This document shows positions 17,155 through 26,810 of a stretch of DNA of 63,566 nt, piece after piece; the stretch's first letter is position 1; each line of letters begins with the position of its first letter. A program made the position numbers and the translations under genes. The notes under the pieces were generated by a model. The model did no database searches. It was given only the letters and a program-made list of their open reading frames with translations, and was not told the DNA's origin. The DNA is taken from IMG/VR virus record IMGVR_UViG_3300036803_000058, positions 1 through 63,566 of that record, one strand, 5' to 3'. The DNA is from a virus. Lineage: Duplodnaviria > Caudoviricetes.

Positions 17155-17408
17155 TGCCGATCTACAAAGCGACGCTTCAAGTCCTGGTGCTGGCTGAGGC
17201 CGACAGCGAAGGGCAACTTCGCGAAAGGATCAACGACATGACCCTCGGCCAGATCGGATACGAGATGGACGATGGCGACTGGACGGGCAGCCGCTTCATC
17301 GCGGATATCGTCCCGGTTCCCCCTGAACAAGTCACCGACCTGCTGGAGGAGGTGGGCACTGACGCCAACTTCTTCGGCCGCCTCGATGACAATGACCGAC
17401 CCTTCTAA
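17154..17408 (+). CDS. Hypothetical acidic protein
   Basis: TAATG coupling. Confidence 0.55.
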   Translation: MPIYKATLQVLVLAEADSEGQLRERINDMTLGQIGYEMDDGDWTGSRFIADIVPVPPEQVTDLLEEVGTDANFFGRLDDNDRPF

Positions 17409-17421
17409 GAAACGAACCAAG

Positions 17422-17445
17422 GCTCCGGGCAGCAATGCCCGGAGC
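17422..17445 (+). terminator. GNRA-loop hairpin
   Basis: GCTCCGGGCA-GCAA-TGCCCGGAGC. Confidence 0.5.
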
Positions 17446-17489
17446 TTCGGACAGTGACAGCGTTACCTCCTGGGTAAAATGAGGACACG

Positions 17490-18590
17490 ATGTATATTCG
17501 ACAACTCCAAGAAGAGCTTCCCTACTTCCTTGACGCCCGCGTGCCGGTCGAGGTCGGCTCCAGCCCCGGTGCCGGCAAGAGCGAGTCGATCGACCAGTTG
17601 GTCGAGCGATTGTCCCGGCGCGACGGTTTCGAATGGGGACTGGTCAAGGTGTTCATCGCCACCTTGAGCCCGGTCGACCTGCTGGGCTTCATGGTGCCGG
17701 GCTATGTCGATATCACCAAGCCCGACGGCACGATCGAGAAGGTGCGCATCAGCGAGTTCACGATGCCGCCGTGGATGATCTCGACCAAGGGCCGGCCGAT
17801 CAACGAGTACCGCCGCGCCATCATCGTGTTCGAGGAATGGGACAAGGGCGAGCCCGACGTCAAGAAAGCCTCGGCCGAGATCATCCTGAACGGCCGGGCC
17901 GGCAAGTGGGCGGTGCACGACGGCATTGCCCGCATCATGCTGGTCAACCGCACGGTCGATCGAAGTGGGTCCACCAAGAACTTCGACTTCATCATCAACC
18001 GGCGATGCGAGCTCACGGTGTCGGCCGAAGTGGAAGGCTGGCTGGGCTACGCCGACATCGCCAAGGTAGACCCGGTGTTCACCTCGTTCGCCGCCAAGTT
18101 CCCCGAAGTCGTGTTCAACAACGAGATCCCCGAGAAGCAGGGCCCGTTCTGCACGCCGCGCTCCTTGGTCAAGCTCAGCCAGGTGTTACCCAGACGGGTA
18201 ACCGACCAAGGCAAGATGAAGAACGACAGCATCGCCACCGAGATCGCCCACGGCACGGTCGGCACCGCGGCAGCGATGCAGCTGATGAGTTGGATCAAGC
18301 TGCGACAGGATACGCCGGACTGGGCCGATATCATCCGCGCGCCCGACCGCTGCCCGGTGCCGGACAAGCCCGATGCCCGGCTGATGACCTGCTACGAGTG
18401 CGCCCATCACGTCGACGAGAAGACGGTCGGCCGGGCGATCACCTACATCCAGCGCATGAGTGCGGAGTACGCCGTGACGTTCGCGCAAGCCGCCACTCGA
18501 CGGAACCACAACCTGATCAACTCCGACGCCATGCTGAAGTGGGTCGAGAAGAACGCCAGCCTCCTGAACGCGATCGGTGGTGCGCGATGA
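17490..18590 (+). CDS. MoxR-like AAA+ ATPase
   Basis: Walker A SSPGAGKS, Walker B IIVFEEWD, INRR arginine finger, TPRS sensor. Confidence 0.85.
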   Translation: MYIRQLQEELPYFLDARVPVEVGSSPGAGKSESIDQLVERLSRRDGFEWGLVKVFIATLSPVDLLGFMVPGYVDITKPDGTIEKVRISEFTMPPWMISTKGRPINEYRRAIIVFEEWDKGEPDVKKASAEIILNGRAGKWAVHDGIARIMLVNRTVDRSGSTKNFDFIINRRCELTVSAEVEGWLGYADIAKVDPVFTSFAAKFPEVVFNNEIPEKQGPFCTPRSLVKLSQVLPRRVTDQGKMKNDSIATEIAHGTVGTAAAMQLMSWIKLRQDTPDWADIIRAPDRCPVPDKPDARLMTCYECAHHVDEKTVGRAITYIQRMSAEYAVTFAQAATRRNHNLINSDAMLKWVEKNASLLNAIGGAR

Positions 18591-18880
18591 CGGAAGACCT
18601 CGACACCACCCGCACACCGGCCAACTTCTGCCTGAAGTGCGGCTATCTGATCGACGCCGCGTCGAGCATTCGGCAGCCGGATGCCAAGCCCAAGGCAGGC
18701 GACGTCTCTATGTGCATCAACTGCGGTGCCTTGAGCCGCTTCAGGGTCGACCTGACGCTCGAGCCGCTGGGCCAGCAGGGGCTCGAAGGACTGGACGCGC
18801 AGGCGAAGCGCATCATCAGCGTAGGGCAAGCCTACATCTGGGCACGAGGACCCATCCACAAGAGGGAGACCAAGCAATGA
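18587..18880 (+). CDS. Zn-ribbon hypothetical protein
   Basis: CLKCG and CINCG motifs. Confidence 0.55.
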   Translation: MTEDLDTTRTPANFCLKCGYLIDAASSIRQPDAKPKAGDVSMCINCGALSRFRVDLTLEPLGQQGLEGLDAQAKRIISVGQAYIWARGPIHKRETKQ

Positions 18881-19095
18881 CGGACAAGCAGATCGTCACG
18901 TACTTCCATTGTCGGCGATGCCTGATCGAGAGGCCGCCCCATACCAGCATGTCCGAATGGGCGCGGCTCGAGATGGGTCTCACCCAGAGAGGCATGCAGG
19001 TCTGGTGCCTGCGCCACAACATCAACGTCGTTTTGCTCGAGGACGCCCCGATGGTCGTCGTTGCCAACGACAAAGGAGAGGACGATGGATCGTAA
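18877..19095 (+). CDS. Hypothetical protein
   Basis: YFHCRRC...QVWCLRH; ATGA coupling. Confidence 0.55.
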   Translation: MTDKQIVTYFHCRRCLIERPPHTSMSEWARLEMGLTQRGMQVWCLRHNINVVLLEDAPMVVVANDKGEDDGS

Positions 19096-19294
19096 ACCCG
19101 GAAAGGTGAGTAACTGGGTCGAGCCGGCGCCGACCAAGCAGCCGGGCTGGGAAATCCGCCACGACGACGAGCTCTGGTTCACCGGGCGGATGATCCTGCA
19201 GAGCAACTTCCGGCCTGACATCAAGCGTGTCGACCGCGAGCGCATGCTCGCGGCGATCGCCCGATGCCTTAACATGCAAGGAGTGGTGCCATGA
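19085..19294 (+). CDS. Hypothetical protein
   Basis: GAGG RBS. Confidence 0.5.
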   Translation: MDRKPGKVSNWVEPAPTKQPGWEIRHDDELWFTGRMILQSNFRPDIKRVDRERMLAAIARCLNMQGVVP

Positions 19295-19521
19295 AGCCGA
19301 GCTTCGCAATGCTGATGGACGACCAGCAGGGCCGCATGCTGCGGCTGGTCCTGCACGCAGGTAGGGTGGGCCTGATACAGGACGCGCTCACCAGCACCAT
19401 GCCGGACGACCTCAAGAAGTTTTCCAAGAGCTCGGTCGAGTTCGCCGAGGACATCATCAGCAATATCGACGCGGTGCTCGGCCATGTGCCGTGGCCGGAC
19501 GAACCGAGCGATGCGGGGTAA
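19291..19521 (+). CDS. Hypothetical protein
   Basis: ATGA coupling. Confidence 0.5.
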   Translation: MKPSFAMLMDDQQGRMLRLVLHAGRVGLIQDALTSTMPDDLKKFSKSSVEFAEDIISNIDAVLGHVPWPDEPSDAG

Positions 19522-19564
19522 TGTGTATAATAGGAATATTACCCACCGGGTAACAGGAGGACCC

Positions 19565-20053
19565 ATGGCTAACACCAAGCTGACCTCAAGACAGGTGATC
19601 GCCATCCACGCCCTGATGGCGCAGCACTGCAAGAAGGGCGACGACGGCTTTGCCAACTATGACGAGGGCTGGGACGACAACCGCATCATGAAGGATGTTG
19701 TCAATCCCGAGCTTGATCGGTCGATCCCGATCACGTCGGTTGCCCGGCTGCGCATGGAGAACTTCGGCCGCATCAGGAAAATCGACCCGATGGCCGATGG
19801 CCGGGTCGCTGCCCTCGAGAAACGTCTCGTCGAGCTCGAAGAGGACCAAAAGGGGCTGCTCGACTGGATTACGCGCGTCGCCCGCTTGCTGCAGGACAAA
19901 TACCCGAACCAGCGAAATCTCTATGCCCCGCCGCAGGGCCGGCCGCGATCGGTCCCGCCGATGGGCATGGGCGTTCGCCATCCGCGTTCTGGTCCACCAA
20001 CCGATGACGCCGAGACTTTGATTGGCGAAAAACTGAAAGGGTTGCTCAAGTAA
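19565..20053 (+). CDS. Hypothetical protein (possibly DNA-binding, coiled coil)
   Basis: AGGAGG RBS after TATAAT (19526) and palindrome 19539. Confidence 0.65.
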   Translation: MANTKLTSRQVIAIHALMAQHCKKGDDGFANYDEGWDDNRIMKDVVNPELDRSIPITSVARLRMENFGRIRKIDPMADGRVAALEKRLVELEEDQKGLLDWITRVARLLQDKYPNQRNLYAPPQGRPRSVPPMGMGVRHPRSGPPTDDAETLIGEKLKGLLK

Positions 20054-20529
20054 TGCATCGGCACGCTCCCTACTATTTGTCCATCGTGCAGGTGATTGAG
20101 TTCCACTCGATGGCGCCTGACGCGAACGGCTGCAGGCTATGGGACGGTGCCAAGACGAAGCGCGGTTATCCGAAGCTGCGCTATCACGACAAGATGCACA
20201 CGGCGACGCGCGTCCTCTTGGCGCGAAAGCTAGGTCGCGCTCTGCGACCCGGCATGGAGGCGTGCCATACCTGCGATGTCCCGTCGTGCTGCACACCGGC
20301 GCATCTGTTCGAGGGGACGCGCAAGGACAATCAGGGAGACATGGCGCGCAAAGGTCGTTCGCTGCGAGGCGAGCGCCACAACTTAGCGAAGCTCGATAAC
20401 CAGAAGGTTCTCGATATTCGTCGGGCGTTTGCTCAAGGGCAACGCCGATCTGATCTAGCCCGGCAGTACGGCGTCAGCTGGGGGATGATCAACTTCATCG
20501 TACGACGCCAAAACTGGAAACACATTTAA
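20053..20529 (+). CDS. HNH homing endonuclease
   Basis: CRLWDG; ACHTCDVPSCCTPAHLFEGTRKDNQGDM; C-terminal HTH; lower GC3. Confidence 0.85.
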   Translation: MHRHAPYYLSIVQVIEFHSMAPDANGCRLWDGAKTKRGYPKLRYHDKMHTATRVLLARKLGRALRPGMEACHTCDVPSCCTPAHLFEGTRKDNQGDMARKGRSLRGERHNLAKLDNQKVLDIRRAFAQGQRRSDLARQYGVSWGMINFIVRRQNWKHI

Positions 20530-20585
20530 GGCTAGGAGGTCTGTGATGTCGTCACAGAAGACATTTCCACGTTGAGCTTCGCTGC

Positions 20586-20789
20586 ATGAACGTCGATGAT
20601 CCCGAGAAGTTCGAGAGCCTGAAGAAGGTCGCCCAGCGCGCGGCGCGCACCATGCACGGTGCCGCCATGCTGATCCTGGGCAGCCAGACGCCGCCGAAGG
20701 TCATCCTGTACGGCGAGGATTTCATCAACGGGATCGAAGAGATCGAAAGCGCCGTCGGCACCGACGAGACAGTGGAGGATGACGGATGA
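20586..20789 (+). CDS. Hypothetical protein (may start at 20546 via a +1 frameshift)
   Basis: The strong RBS precedes an out-of-frame ATG at 20546. Confidence 0.5.
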   Translation: MNVDDPEKFESLKKVAQRAARTMHGAAMLILGSQTPPKVILYGEDFINGIEEIESAVGTDETVEDDG

Positions 20790-21007
20790 AGCGGCCCAAG
20801 ACCGGTGTTACCCAGAGGGTAAAAACGCTTGGGCCACAAGCGAAGAAGTGGGCGGTGACCTACACGGCCAATGGCCGGGACGCCACCATCAACGTCCGTG
20901 CCGCCAATCGCGAGATGGCGTTCCTGCTGGCCCGCCACTCCAATATCCCGAAGAACGCGGAGATGAAGGAGGCCGTCGAACTGAGGACAACTACGAGCGA
21001 TTGGTAA
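20786..21007 (+). CDS. Hypothetical protein
   Basis: ATGA coupling. Confidence 0.5.
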   Translation: MKRPKTGVTQRVKTLGPQAKKWAVTYTANGRDATINVRAANREMAFLLARHSNIPKNAEMKEAVELRTTTSDW

Positions 21008-21072
21008 AGTAGGAAGATGGGATTTTTCCACTTTCCCAAAATTTTGGCTAGAGTGCCTATTAGGGAGAAAAC

Positions 21073-22539
21073 ATGACTGACGATCGTCGTTCGTTCCAGA
21101 GCGCCCCGCGCCGGGGCTACACCGAGGCGGTGCTGACCGGCACCCATAAGCGCCAGTGGGAGGAGACGCTGGCGGCCGTCAACTGGGTGGCACCGGGCTT
21201 CGCCCATATCCTCTACACCATGCTCAATCGGCGGGGCGACACTCAGGTCGCCCTGTTCACCGAAGAGATCAAGTACATCGCCGCCACCGACGGCCTGCAG
21301 TTGCTGTTCAAGCCGAGCGAGTTCTTCAAGCTCACCTTGATGCGGCGGGTCTTCATTGTGCTGCACGAGATCATGCACAACGTGTTCGACCACTGCTATC
21401 AGGGCTATCGCCTGCGCAAGCAAGGCACGCTGACCTGGGAAGGCCGGGTCCTGCCCTACGTCCACGAGCCGGCCAACATCATCCAGGATCTGATCATCAA
21501 CGACGGCCTGATCGAGAGCCGGATCGGCGAGTGGCCGGGCTTCGGCTGGCACGACCCCAAGGTCGCCACCCATCACGACAGCTGGGTCGAGGTCTACTTC
21601 CGGGTGGTCAAGGTGATGCCGTCGCCCAGAGGCCGGGGCGGTGCCGGCAAGGGGCAGGGCAAAGGTGACATGAGCGTCACCCTGCCCGGCGTGAACCCGG
21701 ACGGCAGCCCGGTTACCCAGCCGGGTAAGCCGAAGGGCCGGCGGACTGATGCCAAGGCCGAGCCGGCCGACCCGCAGGGCGACCAGGCCGACCAAGGCAC
21801 GCCAGAAAGGGCTCAGGGCTCGTGGGATGAGCATCTCGACCCCGGCATGTCCGAGGGCACCAAGCCGGCCCAAGCCCCTGAGCGAAGCCCGCAGGAGTGG
21901 CAGCAGGCGGTCGCCGCTGCACTCGTGGTGAGCCGGGCGCAGGGCAAGCTGCCGGCCGCGCTCGAGCATATGTTCAAGTCGGTGCTCGAGCCGAAAGTTG
22001 ACTGGACCGAGCACATTCACGGCATCATCGCCCGCAAGGTGGGGTCGGGCGGCTACGACTGGCACAAGCCCGACCGCCGGCTGCTGGTCCGCGACATCGT
22101 GATCCCCGGCCGCTCCGGGCATGGCGTCGACTGCGTGGTGCTGGGGGCCGACAGCTCGGGCTCGATCTATGCCGACCCCGACGTGCTCGATATCTGGCTG
22201 GGCGAATGCAAGGGGATTTTGGAAGAGCTTCGCCCGCGCAAGATGTTCCTCGTGTGGTGCGACGCCAAGATCCAGCGGGTCGACGAGCTCACCGATCCGG
22301 GCGACCTCGACTGGGTCCGCATGAAGGGCGCCAAGGGTGGCGGCGGCACGTCGTTCGTGCCGGTGTTCGAGTGGATTAACAACGAGCACCTGCAGCCCGA
22401 CTGCCTGCTCTACCTGACCGACATGATGGGGACGTTCCCGAAGTCGGCACCGAGGTATCCCGTGATCTGGGGAAGCATCTTCCCCGACAAGCGAGCGCCG
22501 TTCGGGGACGTCGTTCACGTTCCATACAATCCCCGATAG
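21073..22539 (+). CDS. DUF2201-type protein: HExxH metallopeptidase plus vWA domain
   Basis: AATDG, LHEIMH, MIDAS-like DSSGS, GGGGTSF and YLTD motifs. Confidence 0.85.
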   Translation: MTDDRRSFQSAPRRGYTEAVLTGTHKRQWEETLAAVNWVAPGFAHILYTMLNRRGDTQVALFTEEIKYIAATDGLQLLFKPSEFFKLTLMRRVFIVLHEIMHNVFDHCYQGYRLRKQGTLTWEGRVLPYVHEPANIIQDLIINDGLIESRIGEWPGFGWHDPKVATHHDSWVEVYFRVVKVMPSPRGRGGAGKGQGKGDMSVTLPGVNPDGSPVTQPGKPKGRRTDAKAEPADPQGDQADQGTPERAQGSWDEHLDPGMSEGTKPAQAPERSPQEWQQAVAAALVVSRAQGKLPAALEHMFKSVLEPKVDWTEHIHGIIARKVGSGGYDWHKPDRRLLVRDIVIPGRSGHGVDCVVLGADSSGSIYADPDVLDIWLGECKGILEELRPRKMFLVWCDAKIQRVDELTDPGDLDWVRMKGAKGGGGTSFVPVFEWINNEHLQPDCLLYLTDMMGTFPKSAPRYPVIWGSIFPDKRAPFGDVVHVPYNPR

Positions 22540-22548
22540 GAGGAAGCG

Positions 22549-22743
22549 ATGATCTACTACCGAGAGCCGCCCAACCGCTGGCGAGGCAGCGGCACCTACC
22601 ATCCGAAGGAGCCATCGACCAGCACCCTGCGCTTCATCATGACTGGCCTCATCGTCACGCTGATGCTCATCGCGACGTGGGTGTGCGACGAAGTCTGGCC
22701 GGTGCCCGACAGCGTCATGCCGCCGATTGTCAAGCAGAAGTAG
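22549..22743 (+). CDS. Small membrane protein
   Basis: AGGAGG RBS; one TM segment. Confidence 0.55.
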   Translation: MIYYREPPNRWRGSGTYHPKEPSTSTLRFIMTGLIVTLMLIATWVCDEVWPVPDSVMPPIVKQK

Positions 22744-22781
22744 AGCGTAGAGTAAAAGCGTCCAACCAAAGGGAGAAAGCA

Positions 22782-23069
22782 ATGCGTAGTCTAGTGATCC
22801 TGTCTGCAGCGGTGGCGGGGCTCGGCCTCTGTCTCGGGCTTGCCGCCTGCGTGAGCGACGGCACGACGCCGAACTACAACGACCGGTTCATCCCGGCGTC
22901 GTACAACGTGCTGCCGACCCAACACCAGCCGGTGCAGACCTATCGGCCGGCACCGGTCTACACGCCACCCCGGCAGGTTACCTATCCGCGGTCCGGCGGC
23001 GGCAGTGGCCAGTGCGTCTGCGGCGATGCGTCGGGCTGCCCGCCCGGCGTCGTTCCCGCCTGTCGCTAG
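22782..23069 (+). CDS. Putative lipoprotein
   Basis: Signal peptide with LAAC lipobox. Confidence 0.6.
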   Translation: MRSLVILSAAVAGLGLCLGLAACVSDGTTPNYNDRFIPASYNVLPTQHQPVQTYRPAPVYTPPRQVTYPRSGGGSGQCVCGDASGCPPGVVPACR

Positions 23070-23117
23070 GGAGATTACCCACTGGGTAACTGGAGAACAC
23101 TGAAGGGGTTCGTCGAC

Positions 23118-23381
23118 ATGATCGTGCGCAAGCCGCAACGAGAGTGGCAAAGCTCGGTGCCGCAGACCCCTTCAGACTTTCCCATGTGGCGCATCCGCCA
23201 CGCCATCAACCCCAAGCTCTATTACAGCCACCGCGACGGCCGCTTCGTGCGCGAGGCCTACTCGACATGGACCAACCAAGAGCGCTTCGCGAAGTTTCCC
23301 AATCCCGATCCCGAGCGGATCTGGGAGTCGTTCGGCTTCTACATCCCGCTCTACGATCCCGACGACCCGGAGCTTTTATGA
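23118..23381 (+). CDS. Hypothetical protein
   Basis: ORF after palindrome 23075. Confidence 0.5.
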   Translation: MIVRKPQREWQSSVPQTPSDFPMWRIRHAINPKLYYSHRDGRFVREAYSTWTNQERFAKFPNPDPERIWESFGFYIPLYDPDDPELL

Positions 23382-23521
23382 TCGACGACTACAACCGACT
23401 GCAGGAACTAATCCAGGCGATCCAGCGCGAGCTCGACGCCAAGCCATGGTCGCCTGAAACCCTCGAGGCGATCGCCAGCCTGCTGCGTGACGCAGGCTTT
23501 GACGTGAGGGATGTCAACTAA
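23378..23521 (+). CDS. Small hypothetical protein
   Basis: ATGA coupling; GGAG RBS. Confidence 0.5.
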   Translation: MIDDYNRLQELIQAIQRELDAKPWSPETLEAIASLLRDAGFDVRDVN

Positions 23522-23532
23522 GGAGACGTGCA

Positions 23533-23910
23533 ATGTTCACCGAAGTATTGCGAGTGACGCCGACCCAGGACGTCGGCATCGGCAACGAGGCGTGGTCCCG
23601 GACCCGGACTATGTTCAAGGACTTCGCTGCCAGCATGCAGCGCTACGTCATACTGGAAGGCCGTAGCCGCGGCGACCACATGGTCGTGATCCGCTTCTAC
23701 AGCCGTGAGGACTTCAACACGGCACACGACACTGTGGCCGAGCAGTGGGCCGCGCTGATCAAGTTCGTCAATGAGGGGGGATACATCATCCAGGAAGTGA
23801 TGTTGCTGGACGAGATCCTTGAGCCCGTTACGACGGCCGATCTGGAGCAGCCCGTGGCGGAGATCGAGCCCGCGGCGCTGGCGACACGGGAGCCGGCCGG
23901 CGAGGCTTAG
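23533..23910 (+). CDS. Hypothetical protein
   Basis: TAAGGAG RBS. Confidence 0.65.
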   Translation: MFTEVLRVTPTQDVGIGNEAWSRTRTMFKDFAASMQRYVILEGRSRGDHMVVIRFYSREDFNTAHDTVAEQWAALIKFVNEGGYIIQEVMLLDEILEPVTTADLEQPVAEIEPAALATREPAGEA

Positions 23911-23985
23911 GTTACCCACTGGGTAACGGATATCTACCGGCCGCGAGGTTCGCGGCCGGCCCTTCCCTCCAACGAAAGACCCTCA

Positions 23986-24759
23986 ATGTCAGACGACAAG
24001 CGTACCAGAGCGTTCGCCGGCGGCCGCTCCCTCAGGGTGCTGTCCGGTATCTACAAGCTGGCCAACCACGCCAGTGCCTTGAACAAAGTATCCTTCGATC
24101 CCGATGAGCTTCGTTTGTTGTTCGTTCAGGACTGGCAGCGAAGTTCGCTCACCACGGCGTACGAGCTCACCGAAGCCGGACCGCTCAACCGGCAGACGCT
24201 CTATGTCGAGATCGAGAACCCGATGCCGCTCAACTGGATGGCTCCGCGCCTGGAGTTCACCTTCAACTGGGCGACCTGCAGGGAAGGCTTCCTCGTGCCG
24301 CGGCGCAAGGGCTACACGGTCGAGGAGCCGGCCAGGATCCTGATCGGCCAGACACCGCTTCGCTCCAAGTTCGAGGAGGTGGTGATGCATGAGTGCCGGA
24401 TCGCCTACGAATGGGGGCTGGTGCTCTGGGTGTTCGAGCAGCTGAACCAGCCGGCATACAACACCACGCCGGCGCAAGTCCGCTACATCTGGCCGGCCCT
24501 CCTGCCGATCCTGCGCATGGCGAACGAGCACGCAATGGCCAACGAGCTCGCGTCACCGTCGTCGCGTGCCGGCGACAGCGCCCGCTGCCCATCCTGGGTG
24601 CTGCCGTACATCAAACCGACGTATGACATTATCGCGAAGGGTGTGATCCTTCACGAGGTGCCGGAGGTGGAGGTCGACAAGACGATCACCTACAAGCTCT
24701 ACTCCCCCACCTTCAAAATGGATAACGGCCTGAGCTTCAAAGGCTATGTTCCTACTTGA
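23986..24759 (+). CDS. Hypothetical protein
   Basis: 257-aa ORF. Confidence 0.7.
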   Translation: MSDDKRTRAFAGGRSLRVLSGIYKLANHASALNKVSFDPDELRLLFVQDWQRSSLTTAYELTEAGPLNRQTLYVEIENPMPLNWMAPRLEFTFNWATCREGFLVPRRKGYTVEEPARILIGQTPLRSKFEEVVMHECRIAYEWGLVLWVFEQLNQPAYNTTPAQVRYIWPALLPILRMANEHAMANELASPSSRAGDSARCPSWVLPYIKPTYDIIAKGVILHEVPEVEVDKTITYKLYSPTFKMDNGLSFKGYVPT

Positions 24760-24806
24760 CGCCGGCTTTCCGTTGGCTTAGATAGGCGGCGTCTCCCCCC
24801 GAGACC

Positions 24807-24866
24807 GAGCCCGGCCATGCAACCACCGTCGCCATCCCAAGCACGGTGTGGCCGGGCTCACTTTTT
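24807..24866 (+). terminator. Long hairpin plus U-tract upstream of the polymerase gene
   Basis: GAGCCCGGCCA...TGGCCGGGCTC-ACTTTTT. Confidence 0.55.
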
Positions 24867-24883
24867 ACCCATAGGGTAACAGG

Positions 24884-26761
24884 ATGCGGTGGATCTTCGG
24901 CGACAGCGAGACCTTCTACTCGAAGGACTACTCCCTCACCAAGCTAGATCCCTGCCAGTACATCCTCAGTCCTCAGTTCGAGCACATTTGCCTTGGCATT
25001 GCCGAGGGCTCGAGCACGCCCTATCTGGTTGACGGGCCAGATATCGGGAAATGGTGCGATGATATCGGTGACCCCGAAGACATCGCCTTCGTCACTCACA
25101 ACGCTCTCTTCGACTCCTGCATCATGTCGTGGGTCTACGACTGGGTGCCGGGCTTCTACGCCTGCACGCTCAGCATGGCGCGCACCCTGCTCAGCCCATG
25201 GCTGCGTTCCAAGGCGCTCGGCTCGGTCGCCAAGTATTACGGCTGGCAGAAGGGCGACACGATCCACAAGGTCAAGGGCATGGGCCGCGCCGACATCCAG
25301 GCGAGCGGCATCTGGCCCGAGTACAAATCCTATTGCCTGCAGGACGTGGCTCTCTGCCGCGCCGCGTTCATGCAGATGCGCGACAAGCTGCCTCTCGAAG
25401 AGCTTGTCCTCCACGACATCATCCTGCGCACCGCGATCGAGCCGACCTTGCGCGCCAACGGCGACAAGCTCGCTGAAAATCTTCAGACAGTGCGCGCCGA
25501 GAAGGAAACCACCTTCGCCAAGGCGATGCTGTGCGGCATCAACCACCTCGACGATCTCAAGGATGACAACCGGCTGGCCCAGGTGCTCGAGCGACTGGGC
25601 ATCGAGCCGCCGACCAAGGTCTCACCGACCACCGGGCTGAAGCGCTTCGCGTTCGCCCGCACCGACACTGAGTTCATGGACCTGCTGGACCACGAAGACC
25701 CGGCCGTCCAGATCATCGTGCAGTCGCGGCTCGATCACAAATCCAACATCGAAGAGACGCGCAGCCAGCGCATGCTCGACATCAGCCAGATGGAATTCCC
25801 GAGCCTCGGGTCCAGCGGCTGGATGCCGATCCCGCTCAAGATCGGTGCCGCGCACACGCTCAGATTAGGCGGCGACTGGCGGCTCAACGCCCAGAACTGG
25901 GGCCGGCAGAGCCGCATACGCGAAGCGATCGAGGCGCCTGAGGGACGCACCTTGGTGGTCGGCGACTCCGAGCAGATCGAGTGCCGGATGAACGCCACTT
26001 ACTGCGGCCAGTGGGATCTCGTGGCTGCGTTCCGCGACAAGCGCGACGTCTATGCCGACTTCGCCAGCCAGATCTTCAACGTCCCGGTCACCAAGCTAAC
26101 CCATCCCGGCGAGCGCTTCGTCGGCAAGACCGGCCAGCTGCAGCTGGGCTATCAATCCGGCTGGATGAAGTTCCAGACCTCGGTCAAGCTCAGGAGCCGC
26201 GAGGAAGCCGGCCGGGTGATCGAGCTCAGCGACGCCGAGGCGTTCGACGTGGTGAGCAAGTACCGCTCGATCAACGCGGCGATCACCAACAAGTGGCTCT
26301 ACAACAAGGAGATCATCGCCTTCATGGCGACCGCGCACGAAGGCGCCTACCTCGACGACGGCCCGATGCGCTTCAGCTACCAGAAGATGACCGGACCCAA
26401 TGGTCTGGTGATGCACTACCACGGCCTGCACTACGACCAGAACCTCGGGCAGTGGATGTTTCAGTACGCCGAGCGCTGGCACAAGCTCTACGGCGGCAAG
26501 CTCGAAGAGAACATCATCCAGTTCCTCGCCCGCATCGGCATCATGCAAGCCTGCGTCCGACTAAGAAAGCCCATGCAGGCGCTCGATGCCTGGCTGGTGA
26601 TGACTAGCCACGACGAGCTCGCCTACCTGGTGCCCGACGCCAATGTCAGGGACGCGATGGCGCTCTTGAAGGAAGAGATGGGCCGGCCGCTGCCGTGGAT
26701 GCCCGACCTGCCGATCTCGGCCTCGATCGCTGCCGGAAAATGCTATGCCGACGCCAAGTGA
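24884..26761 (+). CDS. Family A DNA polymerase with 3'-5' exonuclease
   Basis: Exonuclease DSET, HNALFD and YCLQD; motif A DSEQIECR, motif B RFVGKTGQLQLGY, motif C HDEL. Confidence 0.93.
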   Translation: MRWIFGDSETFYSKDYSLTKLDPCQYILSPQFEHICLGIAEGSSTPYLVDGPDIGKWCDDIGDPEDIAFVTHNALFDSCIMSWVYDWVPGFYACTLSMARTLLSPWLRSKALGSVAKYYGWQKGDTIHKVKGMGRADIQASGIWPEYKSYCLQDVALCRAAFMQMRDKLPLEELVLHDIILRTAIEPTLRANGDKLAENLQTVRAEKETTFAKAMLCGINHLDDLKDDNRLAQVLERLGIEPPTKVSPTTGLKRFAFARTDTEFMDLLDHEDPAVQIIVQSRLDHKSNIEETRSQRMLDISQMEFPSLGSSGWMPIPLKIGAAHTLRLGGDWRLNAQNWGRQSRIREAIEAPEGRTLVVGDSEQIECRMNATYCGQWDLVAAFRDKRDVYADFASQIFNVPVTKLTHPGERFVGKTGQLQLGYQSGWMKFQTSVKLRSREEAGRVIELSDAEAFDVVSKYRSINAAITNKWLYNKEIIAFMATAHEGAYLDDGPMRFSYQKMTGPNGLVMHYHGLHYDQNLGQWMFQYAERWHKLYGGKLEENIIQFLARIGIMQACVRLRKPMQALDAWLVMTSHDELAYLVPDANVRDAMALLKEEMGRPLPWMPDLPISASIAAGKCYADAK

Positions 26762-26810
26762 TCAGTTATCGTGGCGCGGTTAGAGGGTAGTACGACATAG
26801 ACGCGCCATC

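Noticed and set aside
6293-24879. Palindromes as a CRISPR array or REP/MITE family
   Set aside because: Spacing is irregular and gene-sized, the core is only 15-16 nt, and there are no cas genes, transposase or target-site duplications.
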